DNA of 64,000 nucleotides from the human T2T-CHM13v2.0 reference genome, Homo sapiens: NCBI RefSeq assembly GCF_009914755.1, contig NC_060926.1. The stretch is one strand, 5' to 3'. Positions 47,058-59,577 of this stretch are shown here, piece by piece (the first letter of the stretch is position 1; each line of letters begins with the position of its first letter). Position numbers and translations under genes: made by a program. The notes beneath the pieces are model-generated. The model did no database searches and had not been told where the DNA came from. It saw only the letters and a program-made list of their open reading frames with translations.

Positions 47058-47531
47058 TTGTTTTTGCTTTTTAATAAAATACTTAAGATAAAATTATATT
47101 TTAGTTTGGTTTTGGAAAGGGATAGAGTTAAGTGCATATGTTCAATCTACCATCTTCATGAATAATAGATACTGTTGATTTTTCTTATCTGTTGTGAAGT
47201 TTCTTCTTTTTAACATTTGTTGGATTTGAGGCAAATATCTTTTGAAATGCCAATATCTATGTGGAGAAAGTGGGAAATTGTATATCCAACCCTTGTACTC
47301 AGTCTCAGGGTAAGACTTGAGGAGATTTCTGTTTATGTATCCTATATTTTATATTTAAATGCTTATATATTTAAATGCTTGCTTCACTGCATGTAAGGGT
47401 GTTTATTACTCAGTAAACCCAGGAACAATAACTAGTAGTCATATATTATTTAATATATGTAGAGCTTAATCTCTTTTAGTTAGGACATATGATAAGATGA
47501 TCAAATATTCCAAGTCAAAAGCTAGGCAACT

Positions 47532-47827
47532 GACCGGGTGCAGTAGCTCATGCCTGTAATCCTAGCACTTTGATAGGCCAAGGCAGGCAGATCACTTGAG
47601 CTCAGGAGTTCAAGACAAGCCTGGGCAACAAAGTGAGACCCCCATCTCTACAAAAATTATCCAGGTGTGGTGGCACATGCCTGTAGTCCCAGCTACTCAG
47701 GAGGCTTAGGTGAGAGGGTGGCTTGAGCCTGGGAGGCAGAGATTGCAGTGAGCCGAGATCCCACCGCCACACTCCAGCCTAGGCAACAGAGCAAGACCCT
47801 GTCTCAGAACATTAATTAATTAATTTT
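47532..47827 (+). mobile_element. AluJ
   Basis: Alu dimer; 14-bp TSD AAAAGCTAGGCAAC at 47517-47530 and 47828-47841. Confidence 0.92.
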
Positions 47828-47862
47828 AAAAGCTAGGCAACATAGTTTAAACTTTAAGGAAA

Positions 47863-48180
47863 GGCTGAGCATGGGGCTCACACCTGTAATCCTAGCACTT
47901 TAGGAGGCGGAGGCAGGAGGATGGCTTGAACCCAGGAGTATGAGACCAGCTTGGGCAACATAGCGAGCCCTCTTCTCTACCAAAAATAAACACAATTAGC
48001 TGAGTGTGGTGGCTCTCACCTGTGGTCATGGCTACTCAGGAGCCTGAAGTGGGAGGATCACTTGAGCCCAGAGGTCAAAGTTGCAGTGAGCCATGATCGC
48101 ACCACTGCTCTCCAGGCTAGGTGACAGAGTGAGACCCTGTCTTAAAGAATAATAATAATAATAAAATAATAATAAATAAA
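47863..48180 (+). mobile_element. AluJ
   Basis: Alu dimer with (AAT)n tail; TSD-like taaacttta on both sides. Confidence 0.9.
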
Positions 48181-48809
48181 TAAACTTTAGAGAAAGAAGA
48201 TAGGTCCACCCACCATGAGCCAGACAATTTGCTTTGTATATTTTATTGTCTTACATAATACATGTATGAAATGATTTTTGACTTCTATATTTTATGGATG
48301 AAGACTCAAAGATTCAAATAAGTTATTTCCCCAAATTCATACAGCTAGTGCATGACAAAAGTCGAATTCAAATTCAAGATTCATTTATTTCAAAGTTAAT
48401 GCTCTTTGGAACTGAGTCTGTGTAAGATAAGATGGCATGTGTGGTTTCCACATATGGGACTGCAATAAAGGTCCCAAAACTTGGAGAAAAGTCAAAGAAA
48501 GGTTACTATCAGAAATTGCAATCAGAAAATCCACCATTCTATTTTCTCACACCTATGTCATTGAATCCTTCTAACACCCCTAAGAGCTGGCTATGTAAGT
48601 TTAAGTTTTGTAGTTATTGATCTTAAATCTGTAAAACATTGTTTGCCTATATCAAAAAATTGATTGATCTCAGTGTCTTTTCCTGGTACCCCCACCAATA
48701 ACATTTCCACAGATAAATGTGAAGTTACTTGGTCATTTCTGAATTAAAATTAATTTCAGTTTTAAACTAAGATTCTACCCCTATCTCCTATTTGTATCCC
48801 TTCTACTCT

Positions 48810-49111
48810 TCTTTTCTTTCTTTTCTTTTGAGACAGGATATGGCTCTGTTGCCCACACAGGAGTACAAAGGCTCAATTCTGGCTCGCTGCAACCTCCACC
48901 TCCTGGGCTCAAACCATCCTTCCATGTCAGCCTCCCTTGTAGCTGGGACTACCAGCATGCACCACCACACGCGGCAAATTTTTGTATTTTTGGTAGAGAT
49001 GGGGTTTTGCCATGTCACCTAGGCTTGTGTGGAACTCCTGGACTCAAGCAGTTCTCCCACCTCAGCCTTCCAAAGTGCTGGGATTACAGACATGAGCCAC
49101 CATACCTGGCC
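48810..49111 (-). mobile_element. AluJ/S
   Basis: Alu dimer with (TTTC)n tail. Confidence 0.9.
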
Positions 49112-49799
49112 TCTTCTTCCCTTTCACTCTTCCTCAAGTTCCTGAGGGAGACTGACATATCCTGAGGCATCGTCAACACTTATGGGTTTGCATATTCTTT
49201 TCTGTTCTTGCTGGCCTCTGTTGAGTAACTGCTTGGCCCTTGGCCTTTTGGTACCATGTGCCAGCATCTACTTATGTCAGTTCCGCTTGCTTGGCCTCTG
49301 GACTTCATATACTGGATCCACTGCCATGGTCCTTGCTGTAATTTCCAATTGTGAGAACCATGTATTCCTTACCCTTCAAACCCCAGTCTCCTTTATGTCT
49401 TCCAGCTTAGTCTTAGCCACTTTTGCACCCCTCGCATGATGGAAGCTTCAATAACTTTTCACATGCTCTGCCACAATACAATGGAATGTTTAGGATTCAA
49501 AAATGTCTTCAGACAAATCTTCCCAACTACCTTTCTTAGCCTTTGTCTTTGGTACCCAGTGCTCAGTTACCTTAATCACAGCCCCTCCAAACTCTTTCCT
49601 GCCTAGTAGCCCGTACCTTATTTATTTGCATGAGAAAACATCTATTATATTCTCTTGCATTCTTGTGTACTCTATGTTTTTAGTGGTACTCTAGGTTTTT
49701 AGTGGTATGTTTTTACATAAAGAATATGGCCATATTCTTTATATAAAAGAAAATGGTTATATCCTCTTGCATTCTTGTCTACTTTATGGTTTTTATCAT

Positions 49800-50110
49800 G
49801 TAAGCTTTATACAATGATGCTCTTAAAATAATAAGGCAGCTTTATATGTCCTGATATGATCAGTTGACAAAACATCTTACACGAAGAAAGCAAGGTATAG
49901 AACAGTATGCATAACCTGCTTCATTTGTGGAAATTTATGTGTAGCATGGCAATGCATTGAACATCTCTGGAAGGATGTATGAAAGTGGTAATGGGGGTTG
50001 CCTCTGGGGAATGAAGAGACAGATGGCTGAGGGACAAGACTGAGAGAGATTTTTTACTCCCTTTTTATATCTTTAAAATTCTATGTCATGTGAATAACCT
50101 ATTAAAAAAA
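49800..50110 (+). mobile_element. Ancient L1ME/MC 3' end fragment
   Basis: 'aagcaaggtatagaacagtatg' and 'ctctggaaggatgtatgaaagtggtaatgggggttgcctctgggg'. Confidence 0.6.
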
Positions 50111-50819
50111 TAGATACCAGATAATTATAAAGCATTTGTAATTTGGCTTCTTCACTCTTGCTAATGTCCAGATCTCCTATTCTCAGACACAGATAAAAAG
50201 TAGCTTTATTGGCAAAGGTATCTTTTTTTCCTTCACTGCTTCCTGACCTTCCACTCTTTCTTGTAGGACTTTACTGAAGGCTGCATAAAGCAGCCAACCT
50301 GCTCCAACAGTCTGAATTTTTCCCTTCAATTAGAAGGGAAATACTTCAGTAGGCAGATGGTCTGAGTCCTGAAATGTAGCAGATGATAGTTTAGTTATTT
50401 TGCTAACTTGCCAGACTGAGATAGAGGGGTCCTCACTACCCTTCACCTGACCCTCTTGGCCAAGCCAAGTCTACATTTTACTTACAAGAATTTTTCAGGT
50501 TCTGTTACTTACAAGAATTTTTACCTGCAGGGTTATTACACTGAATAGATATTTAATATTATTATAAATGTATGAGTGAATAATTTTTCTAAAGGAATAA
50601 ATTACCTGAGATAGTTTTAAATGTGTTTTTGATAGAGATTCTTTAAATCAATATTTAAAATTTCCCAGTTGTCCATTAATTATAGCTATCTTTTTCCTCC
50701 TGATCTGAGGTCCAGTCAAGGTTCATACATTGTATTTAGTGGTTATATTTGCTTAATCTCCTTTAATCTAAAAAAAAAAATTCCCAGCCTTATGTGTCTG
50801 TCATGTTGTTGACATTTTT

Positions 50820-51270
50820 TAACTCATTCAAAAACATTTATTGGCCACCTATGAAATGGCAGGCATGGTGTCAGGTTCTAGGTATTTGTACATAATAATC
50901 AGTAAAATGTTATAAATACTACAATAAAGACCGTATAAAGTGCAGAAGGAGCACAAAAGAGGAAGATACCTGTCCTCTCTCAAAGATTCAGGAAAGACAT
51001 GTCAGTGGGGAAATGACATTTCAGCTAACTTGAAAGATAAGCAGACAAAAAAGGGAAAGCAGAGATCATCATATGAGCAAAATATGTGTATTACTTTTTA
51101 TGTTTTTGCAAAGCACACAGTTTAGAGATCTGAGTCACCTCTGAGGATATTACCATGAGACATGAGTCAGGAGAAACACACAGGAACAGGCCTTTGTATG
51201 CTGGGCCAATGAATCTGGACTTCATCCTGTGTTTGAGAATTCAAAAGCTTTAAGGGACAGGCAGAAAACA
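50820..51270 (-). mobile_element. L2 fragment
   Basis: 'cattcaaaaacatttattggccacctatg...caggcatggtg...ggttctagg' L2 3' end motif. Confidence 0.6.
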
Positions 51271-53254
51271 AACACAAACATATGATGTGAAATGATAGAC
51301 CTGTGGCAAACTGAATTGTATGAGTTCTGCCTAAAGACATTCAAATTTGGGCTGACCAAACCTTGCCAATGGGCTGGATTCCGTAGACAGGACCCAGTGA
51401 GGACTTTTGAGCAGGCACTCGTGACAACGTGGAGAGAAGCTAAAGTTGGGGATGATGGGGACAGGAGACAGATCACAGGTTGGATATAGACACCACAGTG
51501 TGAAGGAGGACAGATGCCTCATGCCTATCAGGTCTCTGTGATGACTGTGTTAAAATCTCAAGCTCATTCTTGGCACCGGACATACATAGCATTCTGAAGG
51601 CAGAGGTGCTTCCATCCCCTTTTCTGCCATGTCTTCCTCTGGATGAAACACATTCCTCACTACCATCTCAATACATGATCTAAAAAAATCTTGTTTTTTT
51701 CACAAAAAGGATATGGTAGGCTGTTCTTCCCCTTTCCCAGCTTTCTTTCACCCACGTGGGCCAAAGTGAGTGGCCCTCAAGTCTCCAAAGTGAGTGGCCT
51801 CCCTTTGCCCTCAAGTCCTTCAAGTTTCTCACCCAGGAATTTTCATCATCTCTGACTATGTTTTCCACATTTCTTCTCAAAGTATCATTTATTTCTGTAT
51901 AAATAAGCAAGAAAATGGAGCAGAGTTTGATGAATCTCAATGAACTCATCTCTCATTTTCACATGAGCTTCAGAACACATCATGCCTCCAGATTAACAAC
52001 AGTACAACACACAGTCAACACTGGCCCCTGAGCAGAAGGCCATCCAAGCACTGTACTTTCTCCCTCACCCCTAAGAGCAGGGACAAATATCCTAGTACCT
52101 GCCAACACCTAAAAGTCTTTCTTTCGTTCCTACAAATGACTATCACCATTTTGGTCACATACTCTATACAAAAAATAAATAAATAAATAAATTTATTGTC
52201 TATCCTCAATAAAAATATATTTTAAAGGTACTAGTGTTAATCTATATAAACATTACTAAAGCTTTTTTATTTTTATAGAAAACAGGTAAGTACTGATATT
52301 TCCTCCCCACATCAGCAGATTGTCTTGTGCATAACTATACCTGCTGTGTAATTCCCAGAGGCTGTATAATTTCCAGGGTTCAGATTTTTTTCTCCTTCCC
52401 TTTTTTCTCTGTATCAGTTCTTCTACTCACCAACATCTCAACACTGATTTGGGTCCCTCTCTCCCTTCAGAATCCTTTATTTCCTGGCTGTTTATTCTCA
52501 GCAACTCCTTCCATTCTGCCTAAAAACTCTTTAAAATCCTTCACAAACTAACAAACTTTAGTCCTTAGGACAAGCCAGGGTTCTCAAGTGAAATTTCAAA
52601 TCTCTATGAGGCTTCCCAATACCTTCATGCCAGAAGGTAAACAAATTACTTGTCTATTCCCATCAAATTCTAGCCTTTGGACTCTAATCTCATTGACATT
52701 TTTGATTGCCCTGGGCCAGTTGTTTGCAAGATATCACTTTAGTTTGAATATTTCTGAAATTTTTTATTGTTAAATTTAGGCTAAATATTCTTTGCAAAAA
52801 CATTACATTGGTGATGGTATGCCTTCTCAAGGTATGATATCATGTAAAAGGAAATTTTTAACACAGTAGACTACTATGGCTTGATGGGAGGTCTAATTTG
52901 AGTTTTTAATTCTCCATGTTTTAATTTTACAGTAATGAAGTAATTTCTTAGCGGTTTGGTACTCAAGATAGACTTGATATCGATATGTAGTGTTTTATCC
53001 AATTCATTGGCTATCATTTTGGAACAACAAAAAAATTTCCCTTTTAAGTTGATAAGTTTCTAATGATTGAGGGAGTTGATAAAATCAAGTTTCTGCCTTT
53101 TGAAGCTAAAAGCCAGGTGGCAATAATATATACCTCATAGGATTGAAGTGAGGATTATTTGAGATGTTAACAGACAAAATATAACTGTGAGTAATATGCT
53201 CCATGAAGGGGCTCTATTAATATAATTAACCCCACTCAGATATTTATTTTAAAC

Positions 53255-53255
<1 letters not shown>

Positions 53256-53298
<43 letters not shown>
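53256..53298. repeat. (CA)n microsatellite
   Basis: About 20 CA units with one interruption. Confidence 0.95.
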
Positions 53299-53299
<1 letters not shown>

Positions 53300-53302
<3 letters not shown>

Positions 53303-53460
53303 GCATTTATTATTGAAACTGATACTTTAAGTGCTTTGTGAATGTTAATCCTTATAACACCTCTATTAGTTAGATACTGTTATTGTTGTCATTTACAGAT
53401 AGGAAGCTGTGGCCCAGAGAAGATAAGTAACTTTCCTAAGGTCTAAGCAAGTGAGTGGTA
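53300..53460 (-). mobile_element. MIR
   Basis: 'catttacagataggaagctgtggcccagagaagataagtaactttcctaaggtc' MIR core. Confidence 0.8.
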
Positions 53461-55184
53461 ATATTTCCTGCTATTTTTCTGTGAGACCCCACTTGAAAGT
53501 AAGTGGCCTGTATAGCTACAATCTGTGTTTGAGGATGATTTTCATTCAGCTTCTCCTCCTAGATAGTTGCTTTCCCCTGTCATCCTCCTCCCACCCCAAT
53601 ACTGTTTTGCCAGATAATGATGGGTGTTTATTGAATGGCAGTACCACAATCCATATAGGTGTGTGATACTGTGTGTGTTTTGTATGTGTGTGCATACATC
53701 AGGCTGCTTAAATGAGTTGTTTTTCTTACTTCTTTGTTGCTTTCTCCATTTTAATGTAAGTTTTTTTTTTTCTTGTTCTCTTTTTGAGATTTTTAAGCAT
53801 TAGAATTAGGCCGACCCAGATTTAAGCTGAATGTTTCTAAGACAGTGTTCTCATCTACAAAATGGTAATACTAACACCTATATCATGAGATTAAGTGAGG
53901 ATTAAATTAGGTGATATTGCCAATTATAAAGGCTATATAGAGATATTTTGTATATATTTTATACTACATTTAGTTGAGTTGTTGGGGATTTTTTGGTATT
54001 TTTTGGTATTTTCCATTTTAACTTAAAAGGTTTGGAGTTTATTTTTGTTTTTAGTGGTGACGGTGATAAGACTGGCAAACTTCTTTTAATTGGGCTATAA
54101 TAGAAAGAGTAGGTTTGAAGTTAGACTATTTAATATTAAATCCCAAAGCCTCAATTACCACATTTTAAAGTGGGAATGTTAATGACTGTCTTGTATCATT
54201 ATAGTGATCACCATTATATCTCCAGTGCTTCCCGCAGTACCTGGCACAGAGCAATAAATATTGTTGAATAAATATCAAATAAAAAGATGTTGAGAGAATT
54301 AAATGAGATATAAAGGATCTAGCATTGTGTCTGGGTAGATAGTAGATATACAAAATTATACTACTATTTTTATCAATAATTTTTAATTTATTAAATATGT
54401 TTCTTCTGATTATATTATTAAACATATGAAAATAAAGTATAGAACATTTGCTTTAATTATTTCTGGTAGTTAATCATAGTATTTCTGAAGGATGAAGATA
54501 CTAATACCTTGATTCTCTCTAGTTCTTTGGCAAAGACTTATTGATGTTTGGAAGTGAAAAAATGCCAACAATACTGTTAATGATTTTGAAAACAAGCCTT
54601 TAAATAAATGTGCGGACTCATGTTATTTCTGTTCCAGAGAGAAGAGGTACTCCCTTATAGGGACTCGTAAAGACATAGAGCATCTGGAAATTAACTGCCT
54701 CCATTACACTGCTGAGTCACACACAACGCTTGTTATGTTTTCATCACTTCTCTCCAGAAGGTAGGCATCATGGTTTCTCTTCATAGATTCTTCATACAAT
54801 TATAGTTTTTGTCTGCAGACTTAGTTTTTATTAAATATGGGAAGTGTCTGACATCTATAGATTGAAATGCTGTATTTCTCCAAAGTTAGGATGCTTAAAC
54901 ACGTTGCCTCTAAAAATTATTTCTATTGGAAAATGAATACATGTTTACTATTTTTTAAAAAAAAGAATGTAATACAGAAAAATATAGTTATCCTACCACC
55001 TTCAGGTAACTATTCTTCATATTTTGTTATATCTTCCTGAATTTATTTTTATATATGTGTATTATGTATAATATGTGGATTTATATAGTTACAATAATTA
55101 TGACTAGACACCATAGGGCTTAAATGGTGTTTCCCTGCTCTGCTTCTTTTACTTAGTGGTTTATTTCAGCCTTTTTAAAAAAAA

Positions 55185-57167
55185 TTTATTTTTTTCTCCT
55201 CAACTTTTATTTTAGATTCAGGGGGTACATGTGCAGATTTGTTAACTGGGTATACTGCATGATGCTGAAGTTTGTGGTATAAATGATCTCCTCATGCAGG
55301 TACTGAGCATAGTGCCTAGCAGTCAGTTTTTCAACTCTTGCTCCCCCTTCCACCCTTTCCCCTCTAGTAGTCCCTGTTGTCTATTGTTGCTATCTTTATG
55401 GCCATGAGTACCTGATGTTTAGCTCCCACTTATGTGTGAGAACATGCGATATTTGGTTTTCTGTTCCTGTGTTAATTATCTTAGGATAATGGCCTCCAGC
55501 TACATCATGTTGCTGCAGAGAACATGAGTTCATTCCTTTTTTATGGCTGCATGATATTCCATGGTGTATATGTACCACATTTTCTTTATCCAGTCCACCA
55601 CTGATGGGCACCTACGTAGATTATGGAATCTTTACTATGAAGAATAGTGCTTAATATTGTGAATGCATGTGTCTTTTTGGGAGAACAATTTGTTTGCTTT
55701 TGGATATGTACCAAGTAATGTGATTACTGGGTTGAATGGTAATTCTGTTTTAAGTTCTTTAAGAAATCTCCAAACTGCTTTCCACAGTGGCTGAACTAAT
55801 TTACATTCCCGCCAACAGTATGTAAGCGTTCCCTTTTCTCCACAGCCTCACCAACATCTGTTGTTTTTTGACTTTTTAATAATAGCCATTCTGACTGGTA
55901 TGAGAAGGTATCTAATTATGGTTTTGATTTGCATTTCTCTGATGATTAGTGATAATAAGCACTTTTTCTTATGTTTGTTGGCCTCTTGTATATCTTCTTT
56001 TGAAAAGTGTCTGTTCATGTCTTTTGCCCAATTTTTAATGGGGCTGTTGGTTTTTTGCTTGTTCAATTGTTTAAGTTCCTTATAGATTCTGGATATAAGA
56101 CAATTGTTGGTTGCATAGTTTGCAAATATTTTCACCCATTCTGTGGATTGTCTATTTACTCTGTTGATAATTTCTGTGGATTGTCTGTTTACTTTGTTGA
56201 TAATTTCTTTCGCTGTGCAGAAGCTATTTAGTTTAATTAGGTCCCAATTGCCAATTTTTGTTTTTGTTGCAATTGCTTTTGAGAACTTAGTCATAAATTC
56301 TTTCCTAAGGCCCATGTCCAGAACGGTGTTTACTGGGTTTTCTTCTACCATTCTTATAGTTTGAGTTCTTACATTGAAATCTTTAATCCATTTTTAGTTA
56401 ATTTTTGTATATAGTGAAAGGTAGTGGTCCAATTTCATTCTTCTGCACTGCATGTGGCTACCAAGCTATTCCATCACCATGTATTGAATAGGGAGTCCTT
56501 TCCCCATTGCTTAATTTTGTCAACTTTGTCAAAGATTAGATGGCTGTAGGTGTGTGACTTTATTTCTGGGTTCTTTATTCTGTTCCATTGATCTATGCAT
56601 CTGTTTTTATACCAGTACCATGCTCTTTTAGTTACAGAAGCATTATAGTATAGTTTGAAGTTGGGTAATGTAATGCTTTCAGATTTGTTCTTTTTGCTTT
56701 GGATTTGCGTTGTCTCTTCAGGCTCTTTTTTGGTTCCATATGAATTTTAGAACAGTTTTTTTCCAATTCTGTGAAAAATGACATTGGTAGTTTGATAGCA
56801 ATAGCGTTTACTCTGTAGATTGCTTTGGGCAGTATGGCCCTTTTAAAAATATCGATTCTTCCAATCCATGAGCATGTAATGTTTTTTCATTTGTTTGTGT
56901 CGTCTGTGATTCCTAGCAGTGTTTTGTAGTTCTCCTTGTAGACAGACATCTTTCACCTCCTTAGTTAGATGTATTCCCAGGTTTGTGAATGTGTGTGTGA
57001 CTATTGTAAATGGGATTATGTTCTTCATTTGGCTTTCAGCTTGAACATTATTGGTGTACAGAAATGCTACTGCTTTTTGTATACTGAAACTTTGCTGAAG
57101 TCATTTATCACTTCCAGGAGCCTTTTGGTGGAGTCTTTAGTGTTTTCAAGGTATAGAATCATATCAT
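55185..57167 (-). mobile_element. L1PA16-like 5'-truncated L1
   Basis: 3'UTR 'ttagattcagggggtacatgtgcag...ctagtagtccc'; ORF2 C-terminal remnant ([24 protein letters not shown]). Confidence 0.87.
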
Positions 57168-57554
57168 CCTATTGCAGCAATTTTTATGCCAGTAAATATC
57201 ATCCACCTTAAATTCCAATTAAAGGTTATAACATGAATCATGTAACCACCTTCCTTTTATTAAATATATGGAAACATGACTTAAGTGATATGTATTCATA
57301 TCTGATGATTTTTTAAGAGAATCTCTAAAAGTAAGTGTTATAGAACTTTAGCACCTAAACATTTTCTCTGATGGAAGGGTTCCATGACATATAACCTAAG
57401 GAAAGACTTATTCACCATCTTAGAGATATATGTCCTAGTGTATAGTATTACCGTATACCAAGGTTGTAGAAATCAAACTTATTTAACCGTGGAATGCATT
57501 CTTAAGATAACGTATGTCTTCAAGATGTTGATAATGGGGGAGGCAGTTTGGAGT

Positions 57555-58488
57555 TGTATTAGTGAGGGTTCTTTTAGAGGGACAGAACTAATAGGATATA
57601 TATATGTGTGTGTGTGTGTATATACGTATATATATGTATATATACACACACACACACAAACACACATATATATACCCACACATACACATGCGCATATATA
57701 TTTGTTTCTATTGTCTATGATTCCTAGTAGTGTTTTGGGTATATATACACACACATATATATATATATGTATATACACATATACATATACACATATACAC
57801 ATATACATATACACATATACACATATACATATACATATATACACATATACATATACATATATACACATATACATATGTATATACACATACACATATACAT
57901 ATGTATATACACATACATATACATATGTATATACACATACATATGTATATACACATATACACATACATATGTATATACACGTATACACATACATATGTAT
58001 ATACACGTATACACATACATATGTATATACACGTATACATATACATATGTATATACATATATAAATGTATGTGTGTGTATATATGTATTATATATATTAT
58101 ATATATATGGAAGTTTATTAAGCATTAACTTACAGGATCACAAGGTCCCACAGTAGGCTGTCTGCAAGCTGAGGAGCAAGGAGAGCCAGTTTGAGTCTCA
58201 AAACTGAAGAACTTGGAGTCCAATGTTCGAGGGCAGGAAGCATCCAGCACAGGAGAAAGATGTAGGCTGGAGGCTAGGCCTGTCTCTCCTTTTCACATTT
58301 ATCTGCCTGCTTTACATTTGCTGGAAGCTGATTAGATTTTGCCCATTCAGATTAAGGGTGGACGTGCCTTCCCCAGCCCACTGACTCAAATGTTAATCTC
58401 TTTTGGCAGCACCCACACAGACACACCCAGGATTAATAATTTGTATCCTTCAATCCAGTCAAGTTGATACTCAGTATTAACCATCACA
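57555..58488 (-). mobile_element. MLT2A1-like (HERV-L) solo LTR with an expanded internal microsatellite, inside an old L1 3' end
   Basis: Termini 'tgtattagtgagggttc' and 'cagtattaaccatcaca'; 'aactgaagaacttggagtccaatgttcgagggcagg'. Confidence 0.88.
57596..58108. repeat. Complex (TA)n/(CA)n/(TACA)n purine-pyrimidine microsatellite with higher-order units
   Basis: ~510 bp of alternating purine/pyrimidine; recurring 26-bp unit 'atacacgtatacacatacatatgtat'; source of the spurious Y/I/H/T/C/V ORFs. Confidence 0.95.
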
Positions 58489-58578
58489 GGAAGCAAGGGG
58501 TATATGGGAGTCTCTGTACTTTCCACTCCATTTTGCTATGAAACTAAAACTGCTCTGAAAAATAAACTCTATTTGAAA

Positions 58579-58621
58579 AGAAGAAGAAGAAGAAGAAGAG
58601 GAAGAGGAAGAGGAAGAAGAA
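58579..58621. repeat. (GAA)n/(GAGGAA)n purine tract
   Basis: Read directly from the sequence. Confidence 0.9.
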
Positions 58622-58639
58622 ATGGAAAAACTTTAAAAG

Positions 58640-59470
58640 GGAAATTTTTTAAATGACATTTTATAAATTTACATTTAAAATTAAGTTTAGACTTACACAA
58701 ACACAAATAACATCTGTCAATATCCCACTACACACTTTGAAAATGCTAGATTATGATATATTCTTAAAAATGGAATCGGTAGATCAAATAGTAAATAAAT
58801 TGAAAGATTATACCAGTTTACACATTTCTACCAACAGTGTTTGAAAGAATGAGAATGTCACTTTCTCTATAGTTTTGTCAACATTTGACATTAACTTTAT
58901 TTTTTACAAAACCTGATACAATAAAAGTATATGGCATTTTAATTTTCATTTGTGTGATTACTACTGAGCATGAGTATCTTTTTATATTTTTATTTGAATT
59001 TTAAGTTCTTTTATGAATGTCCCATTCATGAGCCATGCCAAATTTTTCTTGTGGAGGGGTCTTTGAATTTTATGTAGACTGATAAGAATCATAATCATAT
59101 TAAGAATATTAAATCTATAAATCATATATATCACAATTATGTCTTCTTTTTTATTTTTAATGTTTTGTGTGCTTTATTTTTGTTATATAATGCTATCATT
59201 TTTATGAGCTTAAATCTATCATCTTTTTCATGGCTTTTGGGTTTTGATGTTTCTTTGTACCTTGGCTTTATTTTAAAAAAAAACTATTATAGAAAGTCAG
59301 AAACAGAGGAGTTGACAGGATAATAAAATGAACCCCAATGTACCTCAAATCTGGCTTCATTAATTGAGAATTCATGGCCAATCTTGTTTCATTTATACCT
59401 CCTGTATTATTCTGAAGCAAATCCCAGGCATTATATGATTTTCTCTGTTACTATTTCAGTGTATATACTA
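58640..59470 (-). mobile_element. Ancient L1ME/L1MC fragments
   Basis: 'ccagtttacacatttctaccaacagtgt' and 'ttctgaagcaaatcccaggcattatatgattt'. Confidence 0.6.
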
Positions 59471-59577
59471 ACTTTAGATGGAATTTTGCCTAACCCATGT
59501 TTTACATCTGCCATAGTTTGGCTGAAATCACTGACTTCCACTACAATATACTTATGTTATATCAAACATCAGCATTA

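Noticed and set aside
48362-48375. 14-mer TCGAATTCAAATTC shared with the L1PA7 insertion at 22091
   Set aside because: Short, AT-rich, 26 kb apart and within a MIR-like context; the insertion is explained by local fold-back, so likely coincidence
57384-58156. Long ORFs (116-226 aa) rich in Y/I/H/T/C/V
   Set aside because: Translations of the (TA/CA)n microsatellite, which lacks stops in most frames
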